Shown piece after piece: positions 28,611-42,697 of a stretch of 64,000 bases of DNA (position 1 is the first letter of the stretch; each line of letters starts with the position of its first letter). The position numbers and the translations under genes were made by a program. The stretch is from the human T2T-CHM13v2.0 reference genome, Homo sapiens. The DNA lies in assembly GCF_009914755.1 (NCBI RefSeq), contig NC_060925.1; one strand, given 5' to 3'. The notes under the pieces were generated by a model that saw only the letters and a list, made by a program, of their open reading frames with translations, ran no database searches and had not been told where the DNA came from.

Positions 28611-29081
28611 ATTATTGTCCCCTGTGGCAAAGAGCAGAGCAAGGGCAAGGTGGAAAATGGATCTGAGGGCAAAGAAGCCCAGGGTCAATGCAACAAGCAA
28701 AGAATTTCTCTCCCCTAAATAAAAGAGAATATGTTGGGACAGTGAGGAATGAGAGGGGTGATGGAATAAAGAATCTGTTTCAAATAGAATTCAAGTGAGT
28801 TTTACTAGAGAATGCAGATTAATACCTGAAGAACCCTGCATATTTGCCTTTTTCTCCAAGTAAAAGAGGAAACTCAAGTTAAGAAAAACCCCACTTCTGA
28901 ATGAAGAATGAGCTTGGAGAGGGAAAAGCATAAGTTTCCATGGGAGTTGTGGCATCCCATGAAAAGTGGTCAGGCAGATGGGTCTCCAGACAGAGAAGTG
29001 GTCAGGCAAATGGTTCCTGTGGCTAATGTGGAAGCAGAACATCTTCAGGCACATTGAGGGCTGTGCCTTCTTCTCCTATAG

Positions 29082-29382
29082 ACTCAAATTAGAGGAACTT
29101 GAAAAAAGTGAACAGATTGATCTCAAGGCCACACAGTCTATCTCTGATGGAGACACCGCAGCTCTGTGATACCTGGAGGCTCGGGTAAGGAGGAAAAGTT
29201 ATGAACTACTCTGACTTCCTTAAGATGAAAGAAAGAGTTTTTATTTTAGTAAAAAAAAAAAAAAAAAAAAAAAACCTCAGGCTTTGACAAGTCAATCACA
29301 GACCCTAGTGACAAACTCAAGTACCACTGCAGGACATCTCAAAATCTCAAAAACTTCTAAACAATGAGGCTCAAAGCTTAGG
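29082..29382 (+). pseudogene. Decayed FCRL Ig exon, D2 type
   Basis: Acceptor ttctcctatag. LKATQSISDGDTAAL*Y (cf. LQA..SVFEGDT.VLRC), SDKLKYHC at 29307-29330 (cf. DNSKYHC), TSK.MRLKA* (cf. TSKPLNIQVQ). Donor gcaagg. Internal A24 run. Confidence 0.65.
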
Positions 29383-29632
29383 GCAAGGCTAACTCTCTTC
29401 ATGGGCCTGGGCTGGAAGAGGGAGTGGACTGGTTTATAGAGAAAGAGGTGCTGACAAGAGAAATCTCTTTGATTAGCACTCTCCCAGATTAGTCTCCTAA
29501 AGAGATATGTGAGCCATGGGTCGTTGTGTCCCACGGGCTGTATGGCCCATGTTCTAGTGCTGAGGACACAATGCAATTCTTACCAGAAATTTGAGCTCAT
29601 TGCCCTGGGAAATGTGTTTGAATCTTCTCTAG

Positions 29633-29904
29633 AACTTATTCAACCTTCTGTCCCAAAAGCCAGATACTAGTATCCCATGGAGGAGAGCTCAGGGACCAAA
29701 TTCTTCCAGATATGAGAGACTCAGCTTCATTTTGGCTTATTTAGAAATGGCAGAGCTCTTAGAGCAAAGCTGATGCAAGTCCAAGAGCTTCACAGTCTGG
29801 AGACAGAAAAAAATTAAAGGTTCTTTGTGTACTGATGTCAGAGGGAGAACACGAAGGACACAGGGTATAGGAAGAAAGTCAACAACCCCAGATTCAAGTA
29901 AATA
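29633..29904 (+). pseudogene. Decayed FCRL Ig exon, D3 type
   Basis: ttctctag|ELIQPSVPKARY*YPMEESSGT...QI*ETQLHFGLFRNGRAL...Y*CQ (YWC position, 29830-29838)...SQQPQIQVN|atgagt (dead gtgagt donor). Confidence 0.75.
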
Positions 29905-30643
29905 ATGAGTGTCAGAGGGACCTGTCTGCCAGTTTGAGGGCTAAGCAGAAGGGAAGGGAAGGGGACAGATATTTGTTTCTTCTTTTCTATTTTGTTCCTA
30001 GAAACAGGGTTCCTCTTGAAAGCAGCTAGGTCCATTAGTCATCCTGGTGTCCTCCATTTCCCAATGATGCAAAGAACTGGGATGGTTATCATGATATTCC
30101 ATAAATCCCAAGCTTTATAAGGCCTCTACATCTCTATATCCTTCTTCTTCCAGTCGGTAAAACCACCAAATATTTACACTAGGTAATTATGGGGTGCCCA
30201 TCAGCTAACCATAGAGGTTGTAGGGGAAGTCAGTAGGGTAAGTGAACTGATCTCTTCTGACACAAAGCTGATAAACAACTGGGAAACATGGTCTACAAAC
30301 CTGGAACAGTGCAAAAGAGAGAGATTAGTATGGGCTGAAGCAGAGAGAAGACAGTGTCAGGGAAATCATTATGCTCGAGATAAGTCTGTACACATGAGAA
30401 GAAAGGGGGATTTATGATCTTCGGTAGTGATCTTCAAGTCAGGGTTAATATCCTCCAGTATCCTCCCTCAGAGCTACCCAGTGAGCCCCCAGACACATGC
30501 CCTATGGTGTGTCAGGATTTGCCCACCCTAACCTTTCTGAGTTCCCAAAGTGATCTGCATCTGGAGGCCACATGTTCCTGCATGAAGAGGCAGGGATTTT
30601 GCCCTCCTCCACAGAAATATGTTCAAAATTGACTCCTATTTTA

Positions 30644-31069
30644 CGTAATGGATTCTGTGATGCGCCACCCAGATCCCCTGTCAGGAATGGACTTATTGTC
30701 CCAGCTGCTAGAATTGCTGCCAGCAGATAATCCTATTATAAGCCCTCTTGGGAAAGGCTTTGGCCACTCCATCCAGGGTCATCCTCCCTTTCCAGAGCAT
30801 TGTATCCAGTGGCTGTCCATACTAGGGTATAAAGGCAGGGCCCCTAAATCTCAACCCAGGACCACTTTGAAAGATCATCCTAGACTCAGGGTGTCTATAG
30901 GGTTGGCTGAGACTTTTGTGGAGATGGCATCAAAGCCCAGCTTCTCCTTCTGTACAAAGTTGTTTCCTTCCTTTCGAGAGTTTTTGATACAGAGATCACT
31001 CCATAACAGATTTCCTACATGTTCATTTCTATCTCAGCATCCGCCTTCCTGGAAACCCAGCCTGTGATA
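30644..31069 (+). mobile_element. LTR16-like ERVL solo LTR
   Basis: ggattctgtgatgcgccacccagatcccc start and ctcagcatccgccttcctggaaacccagcctgtgata end. Confidence 0.7.
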
Positions 31070-31085
31070 TCTTGTGTTCACTCAG

Positions 31086-31365
31086 GGGTCCCCGTACTTA
31101 CATTGACCATGAGTCCCAGCTCATTTCCCTCCCTAGAGTAGGGTGAGTGATTGAATAATGCTCTTCTTTGGCTCCTTGGTGTCTAAGGTCCGAGGGGACA
31201 CCACATTCTCCTGATACAGAGAAGGCACAGGGAAGGTTTGGAAAAGAGCACTAGACATTCCCAGAGAGTAAACAGATGACCTCTGTTGTGAGTGGGGGTG
31301 ATGCTGTTCAGCTGCGAACAGCCAAGGCTGTATGTTTAGTGGGCAGGTAAATATCAATATGAGAA
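31086..31365 (+). pseudogene. Decayed FCRL Ig exon, D4 type
   Basis: ttcactcag|GG VPV..., GDTTFS*YREGTG (TGA at the core Trp, 31212), LEKSTRHSQRV, ...GDA, ANSQGCMFSGQVNINMR|ggata. Confidence 0.75.
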
Positions 31366-31799
31366 GGATATTTACCTTCATTCATCTCAACCAGCAAATC
31401 TCAAAGTATGGTCAATATCCCCAGAGGCATCATGAGAATGTTTCAAGGAGGACCCAGAAGCCAACCCTATGGAGAACAATTAGCCACTTTATGTGGCAGA
31501 GCCTGGGAGATAATTTGCCAGCTCCATGGTGTTGCTATTGCTTTTGGTGGTGGTGATGATGACGGTACTACAGGGTCCTAGAAGGATAGCCATGAGAGAT
31601 TTATGGGAACTGAGGATTCAGGACAGGTGTATGGAATGTTGCTTAAAATTCTTCAGAACAGCTCTGGGGGTGATTCTTCTGAACGTAAGATCAGGAATAT
31701 GGGGATGTTAGATATGAGAATGGGCTGTTTACCTGTTCTAGCCTCCTTGAGTAGATGGATTGATGGGAAGACTGTGGAAGCAGCAGGGGCCTTCTCTGA

Positions 31800-32407
<608 letters not shown>

Positions 32408-32717
32408 ATTGGCTGCTCACCTGTCATGGGCCATAAGCCACTGAGCTGAAACATACTTTCCAACCCCATGGTTCAAAACTGCTTTCTGATTCCAGAATAT
32501 ATAACAGTGTTTCTGATGAGCTACCTGCCTGTGGGATATCCAGGAACAGAATTTCTCAGCATGGTAGTTCTACCTTGTGTCCTAACAAAGTTTCCAAAAG
32601 GATCCTTTAAGCCTGGGAGGCTGAGGCTGCAGTGGGCTAACTGTGCCACTGCACTCCAGCCTGGATGACCAAGCAAGACGGTCTCAAAAAAAAAGTTTCC
32701 CTAGTCATGCTTCCCTA

Positions 32718-33385
32718 TGTCAGTCAGATTTCAATAAAAGAAACAGACCTACTAGGCAATATAAATAATAAGGGATTTATTGTAGGGATTTGGCATTACA
32801 CAACTGTGAGAAATAGTTAAACAGTCTACAGAAGGCTGTTTCTTCTGTGTCTGGTGTGGCAGCCTGAAGTCCACAGGGCAGGCATTTGGGAAAAGCAAGG
32901 ATAACCTGGAACCTGCAAGAATGAATGGAACCCATGAGCATGAGCTGGAACCTGCATTAGTCTCTCAGCATCTCCAGGTGACAGCCTCAATGATGAGGAT
33001 GTCCTGCTTATCAATGAGGACAATGAGGATGTCCTCATCAATGATGAGGATGAAGGTGGCACCTTTCACTACTAAGCGAAACATGAATGAGGCCAGGAGT
33101 CAGAGAAGCTGAAGAAGACCCTGCAGAAGCTTGAGTCGCTGCAGGCTGCTACCCTATGCCAGCACAGTGAGCACAGTAAGCTCTGAGAGTCAGCTGCAAC
33201 AGGGCCTTGGGTGTCGAGGACTCTCCAGGAAAAACAAGTACATGGCTGCTACATCACTTCTACCTTCCAAATCTTGCATAAAAATGTCTCTTGTGGCCCA
33301 TAGTAATTTGGAACCATGCAGGGCAGGGAATTCTAGGAAATGTAGTTCCAGTTTAGCTAAAATGACACAATAAAAGTCCAGCACG
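32718..33385 (-). mobile_element. Ancient ERVL-type LTR
   Basis: agaaacagacc..taggc...gggatttattgtagggatttggc..tacacaactgtg pattern typical of antisense ERVL LTR ends. Family not resolved. Confidence 0.5.
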
Positions 33386-34299
33386 CTTCCTATCCTACAC
33401 TACCGCTACTCATACTTTCATTGGGAGAAAGCACTATGTGATGGCAATATCATGAAATATGGTAGTCAGATAGACTTAGGTTCAAAATACAACTCTGCCA
33501 GATATATGTCTTTAGGAAAATTTACAAATCTTGCAGAGCCCCTCAGCTTCCTCTTTGATGACATGGGCATATTAATTCCTATTTTGTTGAATGGGAGATG
33601 GACTTAAATGTAAACACATTCCCTTACTAAGTATTTGTTCCCTTTCTTTTCCACAAATTTTTGGCTCTCTCGGAGGGTAGCAAGGATTGAATAATATCTT
33701 TATTGCTCGATCCATACCTCATGTCCTTTCCTTCTGACAACTTCTCAGGACTTCACCACATTCTGGGGAACAACAAAAGGAGCACATCCTGTATCACTCA
33801 AGACCAAGCCATGGTCTTCTGTGTGCAGTCCTCAAGCCCACCCAAAGAGCCCTTAGAAGTCTGCATCTCATAGGCCTCTGTTCCTTGTGGACTTCCCAAT
33901 GTGGCTGGGCCTTTGCTGCCCGATGGACTTTCAGAAACTCTGTCTGTTTCCTCTGGCCTTTGGTGGATGGATTTTTCTTTAGATTGTTGGTTCTCCATTT
34001 TGCTGCACATTGGAATCACCTGAGGAGTTTTCTGAAGTCCTGATATTGGAGTTCTACTTCCAAATTCTCTAGGAGTCTGGGGTGATGCCGGGACATCAAG
34101 ATATTTTCCTTCAAATTAACCCTCAGGTTATTACAGTATTCAGACAAACTGAAAACTACAGCCTTAGTCTTACAGGCCCCCTGCATTGATTGCTGCCCCT
34201 GTGAAGAAATGTGGCCATGTTCATTATGGTCTTCCTCTCTGCTACTGATATTCCTATTTTCTTTGGATTCCAGAATAAAAATGATGGGTAAATTATGTT

Positions 34300-35140
34300 T
34301 GGTATTTTTTCTAATTGCTAGAGCTGCCATAACAAAGCACCATGGATAGGCTGGCTTAAACAATACAAATTTTTTTTCTTACAATTCTGGAGACTGAAAG
34401 TTCAAGGTCAAGATGTTGGCAGGGTTGGTTTTGTGAAAGTTGTCAATATCAAGATGAAGTCACTTAGGTCACCCTAACAAAAAGTCAAGATTTTAGGAAC
34501 GGAAGGCCTTCACACACACATTTATGATAAGAACTAGCACAAAGACTGTCTGGAGGGCTCTTATGCACACATACCTGTCACAGAGCTTTTGGTAAGGACT
34601 TTCTAAACTGCAGCTTGCTACAAGAGTCACAAGGACAGCCAGTGAGATGCACAGGAACACTTGCCTGACACACTGCCTCCACTAATGAACTGGTGTCAGC
34701 TCCTGTGATGTACATGTACTCCTCCTTTTGCCTTTAAAAGCCTCCCCTTGCCTCAACCACCTCAAATACGCCCATAGTTTACTATGGCACACGTGTTCCA
34801 CATTGCAATGCTTCCCCCAACTAAACTTAGTACTTTTAGAGGTCTCTCTATATTTGTTATTTAGGTTGACAGTTTCTTCAGAGGCCTCTCTTTTTGGCTT
34901 GTTGATGGTCACCTTCTCCCAGTGTCTTTACATGGTCTTCCCTCTGTGGGTGTCTGTGTCTTAATCTCCTCTTTTTATCAAGATACCAATCATATTGGAT
35001 TAGGGCCCACCTTAATGACCTCATTTTAACTTAATCACCTCTTTAAAGACCTTATCCCCAAATACAGTTGCATTCTAAGAAAGTGGGGGTTAGGACTTCA
35101 ACACATGAATTTTGGGAGCATAAAACTCAGCCCATAACAG
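34300..35140 (-). mobile_element. MLT1 LTR interrupted by an ERV1-class solo LTR (34432-34871)
   Basis: MLT1 motifs gctgccataacaaa...ggcttaaacaa and gattagggcccaccttaatgacctcattttaac. The nested element has tg...ca ends and 4-bp TSD gttt. Confidence 0.75.
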
Positions 35141-36557
35141 GCCTCTTCTATTATATCTTCTTTGACCAATTTAAAGCTTTCTCATGAGCACCTAACATCT
35201 GACTACAGGAGTCTGATACAGGCCCCATGCTTTCCTTCTCTGCAGTAATTGACTTAGTTTGCATCCTCAATTTTCCTAGTGACTTTTCTCCCTAGCTCCC
35301 ACAGTCAGGGCTCAATCTCACTCTGACCTCACATTTGCTCCCCATCCTCGGAGCTCTGTCCTCCTTGGACTTCTTTCTCCCTTTGCATTAAGTGCTTCTC
35401 AGGACTTTATTCTTCCCTCTAACTTTTCTACTCCCAAGAATCACATCACCATCAAAGCTTTAACTACGGCTTCCAAGAAAATAATTCAAAAATCTGTATC
35501 TCCTCTCTGGGCTCCAGGTTGGTTTTTTAAAAACAGCTTTTTCGAAGTATATTGACAAATAAAAATTATGTATATTTAAGGTGGGCAACTTGATGTTTTA
35601 ATATACATGTACATTGTGAAATAATCACCATCAAACAGTAATCAAATGAAAATAGTTAACATATTATGTCACATTTTTTTCTTCTTTTTTTTGTGGTTAG
35701 AATACTTAAGAGCTACCCTTTATCAAATTTCAAGTATGCAATACAATTGTTATCCATAGTCACAATGCATGCTGCTTATCAGATCTCCATCCTGAGCTTC
35801 AGGTTTAAAAACTTTTCCACTACTAGAGATTTCTGTTCCATGGTTACTTCAACTCAATCCATCTAAAATCAAAAACTTCTTCTTCCACAGAACTAGTTCC
35901 TTTCCTCATGTTCTATTTCTGTCATAGATTTCAACATTCTCTCACTTCCCTTTCTTTACTGCCAGTCAGCAAGAACAGCATCTATCATTACCTCCTTATT
36001 GTAGGCTCTCATAATTTTCCTTCGTCACATTTCTCCCCACTTTCCTTTACCATTGTCACTCCTGGAAAAGTGTTCTCACCAGCATAGAGGCTGAAGCTCT
36101 CTCTCAGGAGATCAGAGAGTAGAGTCTGACTGTGGTCTCGGACACCTCAGAGCTCCCTTGAATAGACCTGCCCTCTTCCTGTGCAAACAGAGAAAGAAAC
36201 GCTTTCTTAAACAGAACTTTGCTCCTCATAATTCTGCAAGCAAACTGCACCTGAATGGACACCCAAAGGGAAAGCAATATTTTCAGCACTGGTGGAACAC
36301 TGCTAAACTTCTGCGGGATGTTCAGAACTGACCTATCAACCATAAATCCCTTGCGGCAGTTGTTATTAAACCTCTATTATATAATATGCTTGACATAAGG
36401 CATAGTGGGAGAAAGATTAATCAGACATAGTCCTTTACTCTGAGGAAACTGCAGAAATTTGTATGAGACACATATGTAGAGTCCTCTTTGAACAATACAT
36501 TTACTACTATGATGGAGGTACAGTCTATCATTATAGATGGTAAGTTTTATTGAAGTT

Positions 36558-36924
36558 CGCTATAGATTGAATGTTTGTGTTTCCCCTGAATTTATATGTT
36601 GAAATACTAACCCCTGAAGTGACAGTATCAGGGAATGGGGTCTTCGGAAGGTGTTTAGATCATGAAGGTGGAGCCATCATGAATGGTATTAGTAACTTTA
36701 TAAAAGAGATCCCACAGAGTTCTCTTCTCCTGTTCACTAGGTAAGGACACAGCAAGAAAATGGTTGTCTATGAACCAGAAAGCAGGCCCTCACCAGACAC
36801 GGAATCTGCTAGCACCTTGATCTTGGCCTTCTCAGTCTCTGGAACGGTAAGATATAAATGTTTGTTGTATATAAGCTACCCACTTAATGGGAGTTTGTTA
36901 TAGCAGCCTGAACAGACTAAGACA
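36558..36924 (+). mobile_element. MLT1A-like solo LTR
   Basis: cgctatagattgaatgtttgtg ... tagcagcctgaacagactaagaca, with 5-bp TSD aagtt/aggtt. Confidence 0.85.
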
Positions 36925-37841
36925 AGGTTCTACAAAATTACTAAGAATAGCTCTCTTAGGGCTTGCTATGTGCCCACAGTGAACTGTGCAACTTTACAAG
37001 CATTATCATATTAATATTTAATCCTCAGAACTACCCTCTAAGGATGATAATGTTCTCTCCCTTTTATAAAGTCAGGAACCTGTTCAAACTCTCCTAACCC
37101 AAGATGATGGGGCTGGGGTTCACACTCAGGCCTGTTCCCCACACTGATAACCACTGCTCTCTCTAGCCTCCCCAAAAGGTACATTTTTAATTGGGCAGCT
37201 TAAGAAAAGTTCAGTGTATGGCAGACAGGAATAGGATATTACCACTTTGGATGGGCAGGAGAAAAGCCACAGGCATATGAGACATCACAATGTGTTTAGA
37301 GATTAGTGAGTAAATTGATATAGAAACACTAGAATGGCTTGAAAGAGACACTGGAACATTGCACCTTGACTGTAAAGGGCACTGAATGCTTCAGCAAGGA
37401 GTTATTTTGTTAGTGCCAGGAAGCCTCTGAGGTTGCTTAATCTTATTTTCTGACATTCCTGTTGGTGGGTGTATGAAGGAGCATCTGAAGGGTAAACAAA
37501 CTGATGAGGAGGTTGGGAACATGGAAGAGAGACTTCCCACACTCCATACTTTTTCCATGCCTAGGCTGGCACTGCAGAGTCCACGAGACCCCATTACAGT
37601 CTTCATACACTAACCCACGTTAACCCATGTTTCATCTATGGGAGGAAGGCACCAGCACAACACACACTTGGAAGATTCCCTGACTTGCTGGGCAGTCAGG
37701 CATCGGACTCAAACATCAGCACAGTTTTGGGATAGGGCAGCTTTTGGGACAGGGCAGCAAACAGTGGGCACCACAGTCCCCTTTCCATAACCAAGAAGAC
37801 TCAGAAATCCCAGAGAATTAATTTTTACTTCCTGTATTTAA

Positions 37842-38197
<356 letters not shown>

Positions 38198-40540
38198 AAG
38201 AATTGACCTCTTATATACATCCTTCAAGAGTGAAGGGGAGATACCAGATGTCTTTTCCATAACAAGACTCAACAAGACCATTTTCCTACCTCACTTTTTT
38301 TTTTGCACAAATGTCATTGCAGAGCTTTGTTCTGCTTCAGGAGGATGATTCAGAGAGAAGTATGGTTTTCAAGTCAGACAAGGATCAAATCAACCAGAAA
38401 TTCTGAAAACAGCAGCCATGCTGTCTTTGCCCATTCAAGGTTTTCCATGTGCAACTGATTGTTCACTTGTTATTCAGAAACAGACTGCCAGTCTCACCCT
38501 TAGCTGGGCTCTGACAGCCAGGACCCGAGGGTCCTCTATTGTGAAACTGTCCTCCTCCAGCACTTGCCATGGTGGACGGCCCATATGACCATAAGATCTA
38601 GTAACTCAGAGCTTCTCAACTGAAGTCACCATGCAAGTAACAATTGTGTTTTGACAGAGAAGGAACAAGGGGGATTCTAGACCAGCTAGCAGGTCCAAAG
38701 GGAAGAAGTTTTCATGGGCTCTGAATATTGAAGCTGGAAGGAATCTTAGAGACTAACTTGGTCAAGGATCATCACCTTTGTGGGTAGAAAGACAATACTA
38801 ACCCCAAAAGCATCATGATAGACCATAAGTCCTACTGATACGTGTGGGGAGGGGACAAGAAAGATGTATCGGGCTTGTGAGTCAGTGGAACCTCCCCATG
38901 ATTGACCCTTTGAATTGCTAGATGGATCTGAGGGTACTATTATCACCATGGCTACCAGCTTGCAATAGCACCATCAAGGACCCTTCCCTCTCTAGATGAA
39001 GAAAGTGAAGGCCAGAGAGATGAATTGACTGTCCCAAGCTCACATTGTTTTGTGGGAGCAGAGCCAACACTAGTCCTGTAACATCCCAAAGTGCTTTCCA
39101 GCATTTAGGATACTTTCTAATCAATCATCTGGATTGTAAGCTCCATATAGGTACTGTCACATCTGCCTTCACCACACCATCCCCAGCACCTGACAGAGGT
39201 CCTGGAATATAGCAGAATCCCAGCAGATGTTTGTTGACCAACTCTCATATGCCCTTCATGGGAAAAGAATAGTAGCCAGCATTAATGAGAACTTAACATA
39301 TGACAGGAAGTGTTGAAGGCACTTTATTTGTATTAATTTATTTAACCCTCAGAATAATCCTGAGACAGTGTTTTTATCATCTTTGCCATCTTATATATGA
39401 AGACAGTGCAGATCAGGGAACTTCAGTCCATTGCCCAGGTTTACACAGGAAGCAGCAAACCTGTGACTCTAGCCCGGGCAGAATATTCCAGGTCACACTC
39501 TCTTAATCACCACAAAATACTGCCTCCTCATTCATCTCTTCTGTGTCCCCAGCCCTAGAAGAGTGCTAACATACTCAGCACTCAATAAATATTCGGAGGA
39601 TGAAATGACACGCCGGCAGACAAGAACCCACGTCAGCTGCTCTTCCAGCATCAGGCAGTCCTGCCAGAAGCACCATACAGGTGGCTGTTGTTCCAGCTCT
39701 GAGTAAGGCAGCCAGGACCCCTCTGGCTGTGAAGAAGGGCTAATTTGGTTCTTCCTGATTGAGGCTAAGTCTTCCTTCATAAGCCCAGTCTTTCAGAGCA
39801 AGCCCAGCCTGTTAGTAAGGAGTGCCCTCTGCTGACACAGACACTTTCCTGCTGTCTCGATCCCTGGTGTAAATGGAAAGAGACCATCAATGTTGCAGTG
39901 TGAGCTGTGAGAATTCAGCCAGTCCCAGCCTGAGCCCTCTGGCTGGGAGGGCTTCACCTTCTATTGCTGCATCCAGATTAATTTTAAGGTCAAACCAGAT
40001 GGAGATTTGTGGTCACTGAGTGATGAGCACCCTTTAGCCCTGTGTCCAGTTGCCTGTCTACTCTCCAAGCTGAGATTACCCCTCTGCCCTCTTCCTGTTC
40101 CTCCCCACTCTAAGATCCATGTTCAAAGTTCCCATATAAATTGTGTCATCTCATTATCCATGCAGGGCCTTTGTTTTCCTGACAACTGAGTTTCTGAGAT
40201 TCTCTTTCCCACCCCCTTTTCTTCCCAGCTTCTATTCCAGTCTCACTTACTGTCTCAGTGAACATCTTTTGTTTTTCCTGCTGTCAAGGCATCCACTCAG
40301 CCTGAGATGGCTCCCAGCTCTCATCCACCCCAGTGGAGCTGCAGCCAGTGTGCAGTAATGATAATGGTTCCTTTGGGGCTAAACTTCCAGAACTGGACCC
40401 AAGGAGGAAGGAAGATGTGAGGAAGGCACCAAGTGAGTGAGGACTGAAGGGGTCTCCTAATAACTCTGGCCCTGCTGAGATTCTTAGGACAAGAATAAGG
40501 ACACGTGATATTGATGTCACTCATCAGAGTTCTGTTGAAT

Positions 40541-40842
40541 TTTTTTTTTTTTTTTGAGACGGAGTTTCGCTCTGTCACCCAGGCTGGAGTGCAGTGGCAT
40601 GATCTTGGCTCACTGCATCCTCCACCTCCTGGGTTTAAGCAATTCTCTGCCTTAGCCTCCCCAGCAGCTGTGATTACAGGCAGCTGCCACCACACCAGGC
40701 TAATTTTTTTTTAATTTTATTTTAAGTAGAGACGGTGTTTCACCATCTTGGCCAGGCTGATCTTGAACTCTTGACCTCTTGATCCACCTGCCTCGGCCTC
40801 CCAAAGTGGTGGGATTACAGACATGAGCCACTGCACCTGTCC
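40541..40842 (-). mobile_element. Alu (AluS-like)
   Basis: Antisense dimer with T tail. Confidence 0.92.
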
Positions 40843-40910
40843 TAATAATTTTTAAAATGCTATAAAAAAGGAATTAATGGTGAAAGGAGAGAAGAATTGG
40901 AAAATATAGC

Positions 40911-41333
<423 letters not shown>

Positions 41334-42226
41334 TCAATGACTTGTAGACAGGAGACCATGTTTCCATACCTAGACAGGTCCAGCCCCGATCATCCATGTT
41401 AGAGGACTGAGGGAAGGAAAAGGGAAGAGCTCCATGACGCAGAAGCCAAGAAAGAGGTCAGTGGAAGGAGACCTGATGTGTTTTCTAAATCTCTCTACTG
41501 ATTTCACCCCATTCTTCTCCATCCCCAACCAGGGTGGAGTAGAGAGAGACCCAGATGCCTGTCTGTTCTGCTCCCTATGCCCATCATGACGCCCCATGCC
41601 GAACTTCCACTCTAATGGAAGTCAGTGGGACCGACCAGAGGCTACATCCTGGACCACTCTGCTCTGGGACCTTTCAAGATCCAAGACTCATTCTTTTCAT
41701 ACTTTATTTCCAAAGAGGGAACAGATGAAGTTCTCTCAACTTCCCTTTCCTATCTGATCCCTAATATTGTTCACAAATGCTAGTTGTGCTTATCACCATT
41801 CTTAGTTTTTAATATTATTTCTCCATCACTAGACTATAGGCAAACCAAGGACAGAAGCTTCCTCTTGTCCTCTCCTATATCACCTGTAACTAGGACAAGA
41901 TCTGCCTCATTGTAGCTATTCAATAATTGTGGATGGAGATTTGAAATGTTTGCTCAAAAATAAGTTGACCCTTAGGCTGGGCTCTGTGCTGTTCTGGGGG
42001 CCCATTCAAGCACACATTCAAAATCACTTGAAGCTGAAGGTCACATCCCCTGGAGACAATCTGCTCAGGGTTGCCCATTCAGCTTTGCCAAAGAGCAGTT
42101 GCCGGGCTCTCCTGTGAATGGACCTGCTCAGTTTTCATCCAGCCACAGGAGCTAAGTTGCCTTGTGCATCATCTGCTTAGGACGGGTAACACTCCTGGTC
42201 CCTCCTGGAGAGTGTGGAAGGGGCCT

Positions 42227-42697
42227 TGTGGCAGCCATAATGGTGCACCAGTCAGATCTCCCTTCAAGGAAGACCCTGCTTCAGGAGTGTACTTAGCTAT
42301 CAGCCTCCAGCTACATCACCTTCAGGATCTGCTGCAATGTTTGAACCAAAGCTAAAGTCTCCCCAGGCAGCCTCGGCCACTGAGCACGGCGGGACAGCAG
42401 GGGTACTTTCTGCTCCACATGGCCATTCTCCTAACATAGACTCCTCTACTGGCAAACTCCCTGGAGCTTCCCACTGGGCTGGATGAGACTTCCTCAGAGC
42501 TGCATCAGGGTCAAAGTCTCTTCTTTCCCAACCCTCTTGCCTCCCCGTCTCATTTTACAGGCATCAGACCCATATCACTATCTGAAGACTTTCCCTGACT
42601 CCTTTTGTTCCCTCTCTCCCATCTTTCAAAATCTCTTGACCTTACAATCTCTTGACCGTCTTTAGTAACTGCTTCCCAGAGGACCTGAACTGATACA
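42227..42697 (+). mobile_element. LTR16-like ERVL solo LTR
   Basis: tgtggcagccataatggtgcacc...cagatctcccttc start and ttcccagaggacctgaactgataca end. Confidence 0.65.

Noticed and set aside
28740-28800. Possible further exon end (attcaagtgagt) upstream of the second relic
   Set aside because: No convincing Ig or 21-nt leader exon precedes this donor-like site.
30150-30190. Micro-exon-like ttccag...ag|gtaatt resembling an FCRL cytoplasmic exon
   Set aside because: It sits between the D3 and D4 blocks, which is the wrong position, and shows no clear homology.
32988-33053. Imperfect aatga(t)gaggatgtcct tandem giving Ser/Met-rich ORFs
   Set aside because: Local slippage inside an old LTR with no coding evidence.
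32408-36500. Search for a TM or SRCR exon completing the second relic
   Set aside because: None recognisable. The region is mostly LTR and L1 derived.
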